Positions 1 to 6,792 of a stretch of 10,958 nucleotides of DNA are shown in pieces. This stretch comes from Promethearchaeota archaeon (GTDB lineage: Archaea > Asgardarchaeota > Lokiarchaeia > Sigyniarchaeales > SOKP01): contig JAHLWH010000093.1 of assembly GCA_019058015.1 (NCBI GenBank), positions 1 through 10,958 of the forward strand. The letters run 5' to 3'. Position 1 is the first letter of the stretch. Each line of letters begins with the position of its first letter. The translations under genes and the position numbers were made by a program. Below the pieces are notes generated by a model. That model did no database searches, was not told the origin of the DNA, and saw only the letters and a list, made by a program, of their open reading frames with translations.

Positions 1-115
1 CTTCTACAGGGATAATAAATTCTTCTTCAACCTCTTCTTCCTCAATTACTTCAAAATCTTCCTTAAATTCCTCTTCGAAATCTTCTATTAATCCATCGTC
101 TTTTTTCTCTGACAT
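1..115 (-). CDS. Partial CDS (5' end only) with a highly acidic N-terminus; possibly 30S ribosomal protein uS2
   Basis: Manual translation from ATG at 115-113 gives MSEKKDDGLIEDFEEEFKEDFEVIEEEEVEEEFIIPVE, open to the window edge; not in the ORF track. 'EEFIIPVE' resembles the 'EELLVPLE' start of archaeal uS2, but the diagnostic GVHIG motif would lie outside the window. Confidence 0.6.
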   Translation of the reverse strand, partial: MSEKKDDGLIEDFEEEFKEDFEVIEEEEVEEEFIIPVE

Positions 116-136
116 AATATCTCTGACATAGTATCT
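106..136. repeat. 14-bp tandem duplication spanning the start codon of the partial gene
   Basis: TCTCTGACATAATA (106-119), TCTCTGACATAGTA (120-133), then TCT; one mismatch between copies. Confidence 0.75.
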
Positions 137-293
137 TTTATATGTTTAATATTAAACTCTAATAAAATATAACTTTAATAATTTTTGATTTCTAAAAAAA
201 TAGATTAAAATTTAAGTTCTTACGTTATATTTTAAATAAATATAGTCCAAAAAAAAGTTAAAATTTCAAATTGAATAAAAAGAGAGAAAAAAA

Positions 294-806
294 ATGAGAA
301 ATATTGGAAGATTGCCAATTGGAATTATTGTGGGAATTCTAGTTAGTTTTTTTTTGGCTTGGGGGTTTTCTGCATGGGCTGATTTCAGCGATATGATTAC
401 AACTTTGCAAACCTCGCCGAGCACAGGACTGTATAGATGGATTGGAAAGACATTTTCATTAGATTTAAATTTAATTGGTTTCTTTTCCCACCTGCCTTCT
501 GATTTTGTGGGAGTAATAACAGGATTATTTAGCGGTAATATGCTTGCCTGGATTTTTACAGGAGGTATTGCAGCTTGTATCACTAAGGGAACTAAAAGAG
601 GAATTGCAGCTGCATTATTAGTTTTTGTAATTGATTTTCTTATATGGATTCTTTTTGCTATTTTATCTGGAGTGGATTTGTTAAGCATGTTTTCTGGTGA
701 AGATTTAATAATTACATTCGGAATTATTCTAGGCGGATCTCTAGGTTCATTAATAGGAGGTTTCACATTCGGTTTTGCCTCCGGTCCATATGAAGAATTA
801 CTCTAA
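294..806 (+). CDS. Hypothetical integral membrane protein (about 4 TM helices, Gly-rich; loosely DUF5518-like)
   Basis: 170-aa ORF with hydrophobic segments (LPIGIIVGILVSFFLAWGF, MLAWIFTGGIAACI, GIAAALLVFVIDFLIWILFAIL, IITFGIILGGSLGSLIGGF) and small-residue helix-packing motifs. Confidence 0.8.
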   Translation: MRNIGRLPIGIIVGILVSFFLAWGFSAWADFSDMITTLQTSPSTGLYRWIGKTFSLDLNLIGFFSHLPSDFVGVITGLFSGNMLAWIFTGGIAACITKGTKRGIAAALLVFVIDFLIWILFAILSGVDLLSMFSGEDLIITFGIILGGSLGSLIGGFTFGFASGPYEELL

Positions 807-885
807 AAATAACATTTCTGATTAGAAAAAAATGCTTCTATTTGAATAGAATATTTCAAAATAAGTGCATTAAGTCATTAGATGT

Positions 886-1824
886 TTAATGAATGTATTT
901 TAAAACGTTATCTCCTTTATCAACATTTCCGATTAAGCACGCAACCACATCACATTTAACTCGGAGGATTAAAAAAACATTTTTTAATTTAATTTTATCA
1001 AATAATGACATGAATGTTTCTAGATTTGCCTGTCCTTTAGCAATAATTAACGGTTCGTCTATAAGCCATTGTAAAAATTTAGGATTTACTAATTCTGGGT
1101 CAATGCCATAAGAATTTGATCCTGTAGTGATAATTTTATCTGCAAATTCTTCTAGTTTAACTATATTGGCATCATCTAATGTGGCATCGTTTGTGATTGG
1201 CCCTCCTTTTAAGACTGCAGTGGATTTAATGCCATTTTCTTTTAATAATCTCATTACCATTTTATCAAACACTATTTCACCGGCATTATCGAGTATATAG
1301 CATACTTTTTTATATTTATTGAGTTTTTCGTTTAATTTATCTATTTGATTTATTTTTAATCCTTGAGTTTTAATTTGATAAAATTTCTGTTTAATATTTT
1401 CTGGGTTAAGATTAATTTCATGGCCAGCAGTAGCAAAATCGATTATGTTTCCTGTTATCGAGCCAAGAATTGCGAAATATAATTTTTCTTTGAAAGTTTT
1501 ACCTTTATTTATTTCCTTCCAAAAGAAGTCTTCAAGGTTTAGAATCGTTTTATTGCTAAGTTCTTTTAGATCTTTATAAGGGTCTTTAATACCGGTAATA
1601 TTTTTTATAGATTCATACACTTTTGCAGAAAATCTAAAGGGATAGCTATATTCGGAAAATTCTTCTCCTAAAATTTTGAGAATTTGTTTTATTGCTCTAA
1701 ATTTAATTTCTTTCTTTTTTTCTTTATTAAGATTTGTTTGTTCCAGAGAAAGATCGAGTGTTTTACATGCGATTTCAAATGTGCATGAGGCGCAAATTGG
1801 TTCAATATAGGTTTTTTTTCGCAT
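886..1824 (-). CDS. DUF89/ARMT1-like damage-control phosphatase (subfamily I, PH1575-like)
   Basis: N-terminal CxxC (CASC), GNIIDF, DNAGEIVFD, GGPITNDAT, IIAKGQANLET and RVKC motifs. Confidence 0.93.
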   Translation of the reverse strand: MRKKTYIEPICASCTFEIACKTLDLSLEQTNLNKEKKKEIKFRAIKQILKILGEEFSEYSYPFRFSAKVYESIKNITGIKDPYKDLKELSNKTILNLEDFFWKEINKGKTFKEKLYFAILGSITGNIIDFATAGHEINLNPENIKQKFYQIKTQGLKINQIDKLNEKLNKYKKVCYILDNAGEIVFDKMVMRLLKENGIKSTAVLKGGPITNDATLDDANIVKLEEFADKIITTGSNSYGIDPELVNPKFLQWLIDEPLIIAKGQANLETFMSLFDKIKLKNVFLILRVKCDVVACLIGNVDKGDNVLKYIH

Positions 1825-1902
1825 ATGAGCATTACTTCAATGAATTGAAAAGATTATTATGGATAAAATAATATTATTACAATAATTACTGTTAATAAAA
1901 AT

Positions 1903-1920
1903 TTTCTGGAAATTTATCAA
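1903..1920 (+). promoter_or_regulatory. Putative BRE/TATA promoter element of the HD-domain gene
   Basis: TTTCTGGAAA followed by TTTATCAA; the 10-mer ends 43 nt before ATG 1956, and the same 10-mer sits at the same distance before vapB. Confidence 0.4.
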
Positions 1921-1955
1921 TTTTACATTCAAAATCAATGGTTTAAACTTAGGAA

Positions 1956-2492
1956 ATGAAGCAAGAAGAATATATAATTCCTTCAAGAGAACATGTTTTA
2001 GAATTACTGAGAGAAGTCAGAGTTCCGGCTCATGTTAGAAAACATTCAATTGCAGTTGCAAAAAAGGCTTTAGAAATTGCAAATAAGATCAAGAGAGCTG
2101 AAATCAATAAAAATTTAATAGAAATTGGAGCTCTAATACATGATATTGGGCGTTCAAAAACACACGGATTTAAGCATTCTCTTATTGGTGGTAAAATTTT
2201 AAGGAATATGGGGTATCCAAAAGAGTTAGCGTTAATTTGTGAGAGACATATTCTTGGTGGGCTTGATGCAGAAGATGCAGAAAGTATGGGGTTACCAAGA
2301 AAAGACTATTTACCTCAAACACTAGAAGAAAAAATTGTATGTTTAGCCGATAAGCATTTTACGGGGCATAAAGAGGTTACTATTCAACAGAGATTCAATA
2401 AATGGTTCAAAAAGTATGGTAGAAGTAAAATTCTATTAAAATCTAAAAAAAGAATAGAAGATATTCAAAAAGAAATAGAAGCTTTGATGTAA
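1956..2492 (+). CDS. HD-domain (HDIG) metal-dependent phosphohydrolase, TIGR00295-like
   Basis: HSIAV, LIHDIGRS, HGFKH, CERHILGG and EEKIVCLADK motifs give the H...HD...D metal-ligand set. Confidence 0.92.
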   Translation: MKQEEYIIPSREHVLELLREVRVPAHVRKHSIAVAKKALEIANKIKRAEINKNLIEIGALIHDIGRSKTHGFKHSLIGGKILRNMGYPKELALICERHILGGLDAEDAESMGLPRKDYLPQTLEEKIVCLADKHFTGHKEVTIQQRFNKWFKKYGRSKILLKSKKRIEDIQKEIEALM

Positions 2493-2586
2493 ATGTTAAG
2501 AAAATTTCCATTTTTTTATTACTATTGTCATTTCGGCGATTTAAAAGAATTAAGATTTTTGGGGATTTTTTAAATTGTTCCAAAGT

Positions 2587-2633
2587 TTTATAAATTAGGT
2601 AAGTTTCTTAATTTCTGGAAACTAATATATAAA
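2587..2633 (+). promoter_or_regulatory. vapBC promoter region with TATA-like boxes and an inverted repeat (candidate autoregulatory operator)
   Basis: TTTATAAA at 2587-2594; inverted repeat AGTTTC-N10-GAAACT at 2602-2623; TTTCTGGAAA at 2612-2621 followed by CTAATATATAAA. Confidence 0.4.
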
Positions 2634-2664
2634 TTTTTTATAGAATCTAAAAATATAAGGAAAA

Positions 2665-2934
2665 ATGAAACAAAAAACAGAAATCAAAAAGGTTGATTCG
2701 CAAGGTAGGATTGTATTACCACGGGATTGGAGGGAGAAAGTGCTTGGAAACGAAAATGAGGTGATAATAATTAAGGAAGGGGATTTTTTAAAGATAATAC
2801 CAAAAAAAAAAGGAGATTTAACAAAATTTTTTGATACATTGGATTTAAGTGCGGAATTTATTGAAGATCTTGCAGATTGGAACGAATTTGAGAAAAAAAT
2901 GTGGGAAGCGAAATGGAGGAGAGATGAAAAATAA
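2665..2934 (+). CDS. vapB: AbrB/MazE/SpoVT-family DNA-binding antitoxin
   Basis: KVDSQGRIVLPRDWREKV AbrB-fold signature, acidic C-terminal half, directly upstream of a PIN-domain gene. Confidence 0.9.
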   Translation: MKQKTEIKKVDSQGRIVLPRDWREKVLGNENEVIIIKEGDFLKIIPKKKGDLTKFFDTLDLSAEFIEDLADWNEFEKKMWEAKWRRDEK

Positions 2935-3374
2935 TTTATTTAGATGCGAATATTTTTATTTACGCTTATTTTAAAGTAAAAAAGCAGAAACTATCTCAAA
3001 AAATAATATGGATGAAAGAAGAAGCAAAAAAAATCATTCAAATGGTCAATGATGGTAAAGAAGAATTTTGTATTTCTTTAATTCAGTTATCAGAAATTGT
3101 TAATCTCCTTAAATATTCTATGTCATGGGAGCAATTACATTCATTTTTATGGGGTTTGATCTCAAATAATTCTATTGAAATATTAGAGGTATCTAAAATG
3201 ATTTATATTAATTCAATAGATAAAATACCAAAATTTGAAATGGATTCAAATGATATTTCTGCTTATTTATTAATGAAAGAAAAAGGAATAGATCGAATCT
3301 ACACATTTGATAAGAATTTTCGAGAATTAAAAGATATAATTTGCTTGCCTAAAATACCTGATAAATTTAATTAA
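2931..3374 (+). CDS. vapC: PIN-domain ribonuclease toxin; the true N-terminus lies upstream of the ORF-track ATG (3012) and has no canonical start codon
   Basis: The frame is open from 2928 and reads ATA ATT TAT TTA GAT GCG AAT = (I/M)IYLDANIFIY, containing the first PIN catalytic Asp; then QLSEI, DSND and YTFDKNF. ATA at 2931-2933 overlaps the vapB TAA (ATAA). GGAGG lies at 2915-2919. Confidence 0.85.
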   Translation: MIYLDANIFIYAYFKVKKQKLSQKIIWMKEEAKKIIQMVNDGKEEFCISLIQLSEIVNLLKYSMSWEQLHSFLWGLISNNSIEILEVSKMIYINSIDKIPKFEMDSNDISAYLLMKEKGIDRIYTFDKNFRELKDIICLPKIPDKFN

Positions 3375-3490
3375 AAATAAATTCTATTAATTTGCTTGTT
3401 TTTCTTAATTTTATTTGAAATTCCACTTCTATCTAATATTTTAAGAAGATTGTTGATAGTTTATTAATTTAGATTTCCATAACTAATATT

Positions 3491-4609
3491 ATGAGAATTA
3501 AGGATTTCAAGTTAGAACAATTTTTTACAAAACATGAATTCACTGCTCCTTATTTATTATGTTGCTCGGATTGTGAATCATTTAGCGTGGGGGAATTATT
3601 AGAATTAGAAGAGAATTCGGAAGAAGAATTAAAAGGATTGTCATTAGGTTATACAGAGACACAAGGTATCCCCCTTCTTAGAAAAGAGATATCCAATTTA
3701 TATAAAAACATAGATCCAGATGATGTAATTGTTCTTTTAGGAGCAGAAGAGGGTATTTTTATTTTTATGAATGTTTTTCTTGATAAAGGGGATCACATTA
3801 TAGTTCAGTATCCCGCTTATCAATCGCTTTTTGAAGTTGCAATCTCAATAGGTTGTGAAGTTACTAAATGGGAAATGAATGAGCAAAATAATTGGGAACT
3901 TGATATTGATTTCTTAAAAAATAGTATTAAAAATAATACTAAAGCGATTGTAATAAATTGTCCAAATAATCCCACCGGCTATTTAATGTCTAAGGAAAAA
4001 TTACAGATGATCATTGATATTGCAAAAAAAAATGACATTTATATTTTCTCTGATGAAGTATATAGATTTTTGGAATATGATGATAAAGATAGGCTTCCAG
4101 CGATGTGTGATATATATAATAAAGGAATTTCTCTTGGAGATATGTCTAAAACATTTGCACTTCCAGGATTAAGAATAGGTTGGATTGCAACTAAGGATAA
4201 ATCCTTAATTAAAAAAGTTATTTCTTTTAAGCATTATACATCAATATGCAATAGTGCGCCAAGCGAATTTTTTTCGATATTAGTTTTAAAGAATAAAGAA
4301 TATGTTATAAAAAGAAATTTAAATCTCATAGAAAATAATCTTAAGTTATTAGATAAATTCTTTAAGGATTATAATCATCTCTTTGCATGGGTAAAACCAC
4401 AAGCAGGCGTAATTGGTTTCCCTCGGATAAAATTTAATGAAGATATTGAAAAATTTTATACTGATTTATTAAATAAAAAAGGCGTTTTATTGATGCCTAG
4501 CACAAATTTTGATTTTGGAGGTAAGCATTTCAGAATTAGGTTTGGTAGAAAAAATATGCCTGAAGCATTAGAAAAATTAGAGAAATACATACAAGAGTAC
4601 TATTTATGA
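3491..4609 (+). CDS. Class I/II PLP-dependent aminotransferase (aspartate aminotransferase fold)
   Basis: GYTETQG, GAEEG, PAYQ, NCPNNPTG, SDEVYR and DMSKTFALPGLRIGW (PLP lysine) motifs, plus C-terminal FRI. Confidence 0.93.
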   Translation: MRIKDFKLEQFFTKHEFTAPYLLCCSDCESFSVGELLELEENSEEELKGLSLGYTETQGIPLLRKEISNLYKNIDPDDVIVLLGAEEGIFIFMNVFLDKGDHIIVQYPAYQSLFEVAISIGCEVTKWEMNEQNNWELDIDFLKNSIKNNTKAIVINCPNNPTGYLMSKEKLQMIIDIAKKNDIYIFSDEVYRFLEYDDKDRLPAMCDIYNKGISLGDMSKTFALPGLRIGWIATKDKSLIKKVISFKHYTSICNSAPSEFFSILVLKNKEYVIKRNLNLIENNLKLLDKFFKDYNHLFAWVKPQAGVIGFPRIKFNEDIEKFYTDLLNKKGVLLMPSTNFDFGGKHFRIRFGRKNMPEALEKLEKYIQEYYL

Positions 4610-4635
4610 AGAAAAAAATTAAAAAAATAAGAACT

Positions 4636-4697
4636 TGAGAAAATTTCTCATTTGTGCTTTTATTTTTACTATTTTGTTGTTTTTTTTTTCGCTTTTT
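4636..4697 (+). terminator. Putative terminator after the aminotransferase: palindrome followed by long T tracts
   Basis: TGAGAAA-A-TTTCTCA at 4636-4650, followed by T-rich sequence including a run of ten T at 4680-4689. Confidence 0.5.
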
Positions 4698-4730
4698 CTA
4701 TATAGAGAATTTCAATAAAAAAAAATGTAA

Positions 4731-4760
4731 AGAAAAAGTTTATTATACTTTATAAAGTAT
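4731..4760 (+). promoter_or_regulatory. Promoter/operator of the kinase cluster: BRE/TATA-like element plus perfect 16-bp palindrome
   Basis: GAAAAAG-TTTATTAT at 4731-4746 overlaps ATACTTTATAAAGTAT (4745-4760), which itself contains TTTATAAA; ribosome-binding site GAGGT at 4791-4795. Confidence 0.55.
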
Positions 4761-4801
4761 TTTTTACTGATAATTAAGATTTAGTTATATGAGGTTTATC
4801 T

Positions 4802-6310
4802 ATGTCCAAAGAAGATGGAATTTTATGTATTGATGTATCTTCTCAAAAAATAAAAGTAGCAATTGTAAGTGAAAATTGTGATATCATAGCAATTGCTGAA
4901 AAAAACTTCTTTTTTAAAAATGATGATATTGAAGGTTTCGCAAAAAGTTATAATACAGATGAGATCTGGAACATCTTGATGAGTTGTATTAAAGATGTAA
5001 TTAGAAAATCTAAAATTAATCCAATGAATATTTTAGGAATTACTTCATGCACTCAAAGACAAGCGTGTGTTTTTCTTTCTGATGAGGGTGAAGTAATATA
5101 TGCTGGTCCAAATTGTGATATACGTGGAATAGATTCACAATATTTAATAGATGATGAGTTTGAAGAAGAAGAACTATTTAATATCACTGGACATAATCCT
5201 CCATTAATATTTCCACTTGCTAGACTCCTATGGTTCCAAGAAGAAAGAGAAGATTTATTTGAAAAAATTGGCAAAGTTTTATTATTTGATGATTGGATTG
5301 TCTATAAGTTAACTGATATCTTTTGTACTGATCCAACTTCTGCAGCTGAATCTCTCATATTTGATGTATCTAAAAGTAAATGGTCTGATAAAATTATTGA
5401 TACATTTGATTTTAATAGAGATCTTTTCCCAGAAATTATTCAAGTTTCAGACATTGTTGGAGATTTAAAGACAGATATAGCCAAGAAATTTAATTTACCC
5501 AAATCCATTCCTGTTGTTAAAACTGGAGCTGATACTCAAGCGAGTTTAATAGGAACTGCATGTATTGAAGATAATCAAATTGGAATTACTATAGGCACAA
5601 CAGCTCCTTTATATCTTGTGGTTAATTCACCCCGCTTAGACCCAAATTTAAATATGTGGACTACACTACATGCCATTAAAGATAAATGGTTAATTGAAAG
5701 TAATACTGGAATGACCGGAAAAATTTATGATTGGTATAAAGATTCATTTCTAAGTGGGTTATCCAATGATTTGGACTCTATTACTGAAAAATATTTATTA
5801 GAAACAGAACCAGGTGCAAATTCTACACTTGCTTTTCTTGGTCCAGAAAGAATGGATATAAATAGTCAAACTAATATTAAACCAGGAGTTTTTATATTAC
5901 CAACTCCAGGTTCAATTTCAGAAATTCTTTCAGACAGAAAAAATTTTTTAAGAGCGATATTTGAAAATATAGGTTTTGGGATTTTAGAAAATTTAATCCA
6001 AATATTAAATTTTGAAAGTAATCATAAAGAGATATTTTTCAGTGGAGGCTTGGCAAACTCAAAAAGTTTTAATCAAATTCTCTCAAATATTTTAAATAAA
6101 GAATTATACCTGCCTAATATCAAAGAATCTGCATTTTCAGGTGAAGCAATCAATGTTTTAATTGGATTAGAATATTATCAGAATTATAGAAATGCAATAA
6201 ATAAACTTGTTAAATTAACTAAGATTAGTCCTGATGAAGATATCGCATTGAAATATGAAAAGATTTATCATCGTTGGAGTCGTATTAAAAAACAACTAAA
6301 ATTTGTGTAG
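4802..6310 (+). CDS. FGGY-family carbohydrate kinase, YoaC / autoinducer-2-kinase (LsrK)-like subgroup
   Basis: 502 aa; TSCTQRQACVFL..GEVIYAGPNCDIRG, ARLLW, DWIVYKLT, TDPTSAAESLIFD, GADTQAS, IGTT, RAIFENI and SGGLANS motifs. Confidence 0.9.
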   Translation: MSKEDGILCIDVSSQKIKVAIVSENCDIIAIAEKNFFFKNDDIEGFAKSYNTDEIWNILMSCIKDVIRKSKINPMNILGITSCTQRQACVFLSDEGEVIYAGPNCDIRGIDSQYLIDDEFEEEELFNITGHNPPLIFPLARLLWFQEEREDLFEKIGKVLLFDDWIVYKLTDIFCTDPTSAAESLIFDVSKSKWSDKIIDTFDFNRDLFPEIIQVSDIVGDLKTDIAKKFNLPKSIPVVKTGADTQASLIGTACIEDNQIGITIGTTAPLYLVVNSPRLDPNLNMWTTLHAIKDKWLIESNTGMTGKIYDWYKDSFLSGLSNDLDSITEKYLLETEPGANSTLAFLGPERMDINSQTNIKPGVFILPTPGSISEILSDRKNFLRAIFENIGFGILENLIQILNFESNHKEIFFSGGLANSKSFNQILSNILNKELYLPNIKESAFSGEAINVLIGLEYYQNYRNAINKLVKLTKISPDEDIALKYEKIYHRWSRIKKQLKFV

Positions 6311-6421
6311 ATTATTCATTAAAAACTATAAAATCCTTTTAAAAATAAATTTTAAAAAATTTAATAATCTTAATTTAATTCTATAAGACGATTAAAAATA
6401 ATTGATCAATTCAAAAATAAG

Positions 6422-6784
6422 ATGAAAAAAAAAATGACTGAAATTAGTACAATCCAAGAAGGATTTAAAATGATAATAGATCGTTATAATTCCGAAGAAA
6501 AAATCAGAAAAAAACTTGCTAATTACGACGAGCCGATCGAACTTACATTTTTAGACAATAATCATAAAGCTATGATTATAGTTAATAAAGATCAAGGAAT
6601 TGAAATAAAAGATAATGTAGGAGATGATAATGCTCTTGTGAAAATTCATTTTGAGTCGGAACAAGTAATGATAGATTTGTTTAATGGAGAAATTGGGGCT
6701 GTTGGTGCATATTCCTCAGGAAAAATTAAAGTAATTGCAGGAAAAATAAGGAATTTGATAAAATTACGGAAATTATTATTTTAA
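6422..6784 (+). CDS. SCP2 sterol/lipid-carrier domain protein
   Basis: 120 aa with the SCP2 C-terminal signature DLFNGEIGAVGAYSSGKIKV.AG.IRNLIKL; start could be ATG 6422 or ATG 6434. Confidence 0.8.
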   Translation: MKKKMTEISTIQEGFKMIIDRYNSEEKIRKKLANYDEPIELTFLDNNHKAMIIVNKDQGIEIKDNVGDDNALVKIHFESEQVMIDLFNGEIGAVGAYSSGKIKVIAGKIRNLIKLRKLLF

Positions 6785-6792
6785 AAAAAAGG

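Noticed and set aside
266-766. 166-aa minus-strand ORF
   Set aside because: Antisense shadow of the membrane protein gene 294-806; its Ile/Pro/Lys/Asn bias is what hydrophobic codons give on the opposite strand.
893-1111. 72-aa plus-strand ORF
   Set aside because: Antisense within the DUF89 gene; no recognisable motif.
1867-1878. Palindrome AATAATATTATT in the divergent promoter region
   Set aside because: Pure A/T and expected by chance in such AT-rich DNA.
3012-3374. ORF-track start for vapC at ATG 3012
   Set aside because: It omits the first PIN beta-strand and catalytic Asp (YLDAN) encoded in frame upstream.
3491-4609. Aminotransferase as a member of the kinase operon
   Set aside because: Separated by 192 nt containing a terminator-like element and a separate promoter; the sequence shows no direct link.
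4610-4801. S-box (SAM-I) riboswitch upstream of the yoaC-like kinase, as in Bacillus
   Set aside because: The region is almost entirely A/T and lacks the conserved ATC.AGA...GA.GG...GC.ACC core.
5053-5274. 73-aa minus-strand Ser-rich ORF
   Set aside because: Antisense of the Glu/Asp-rich part of the kinase.
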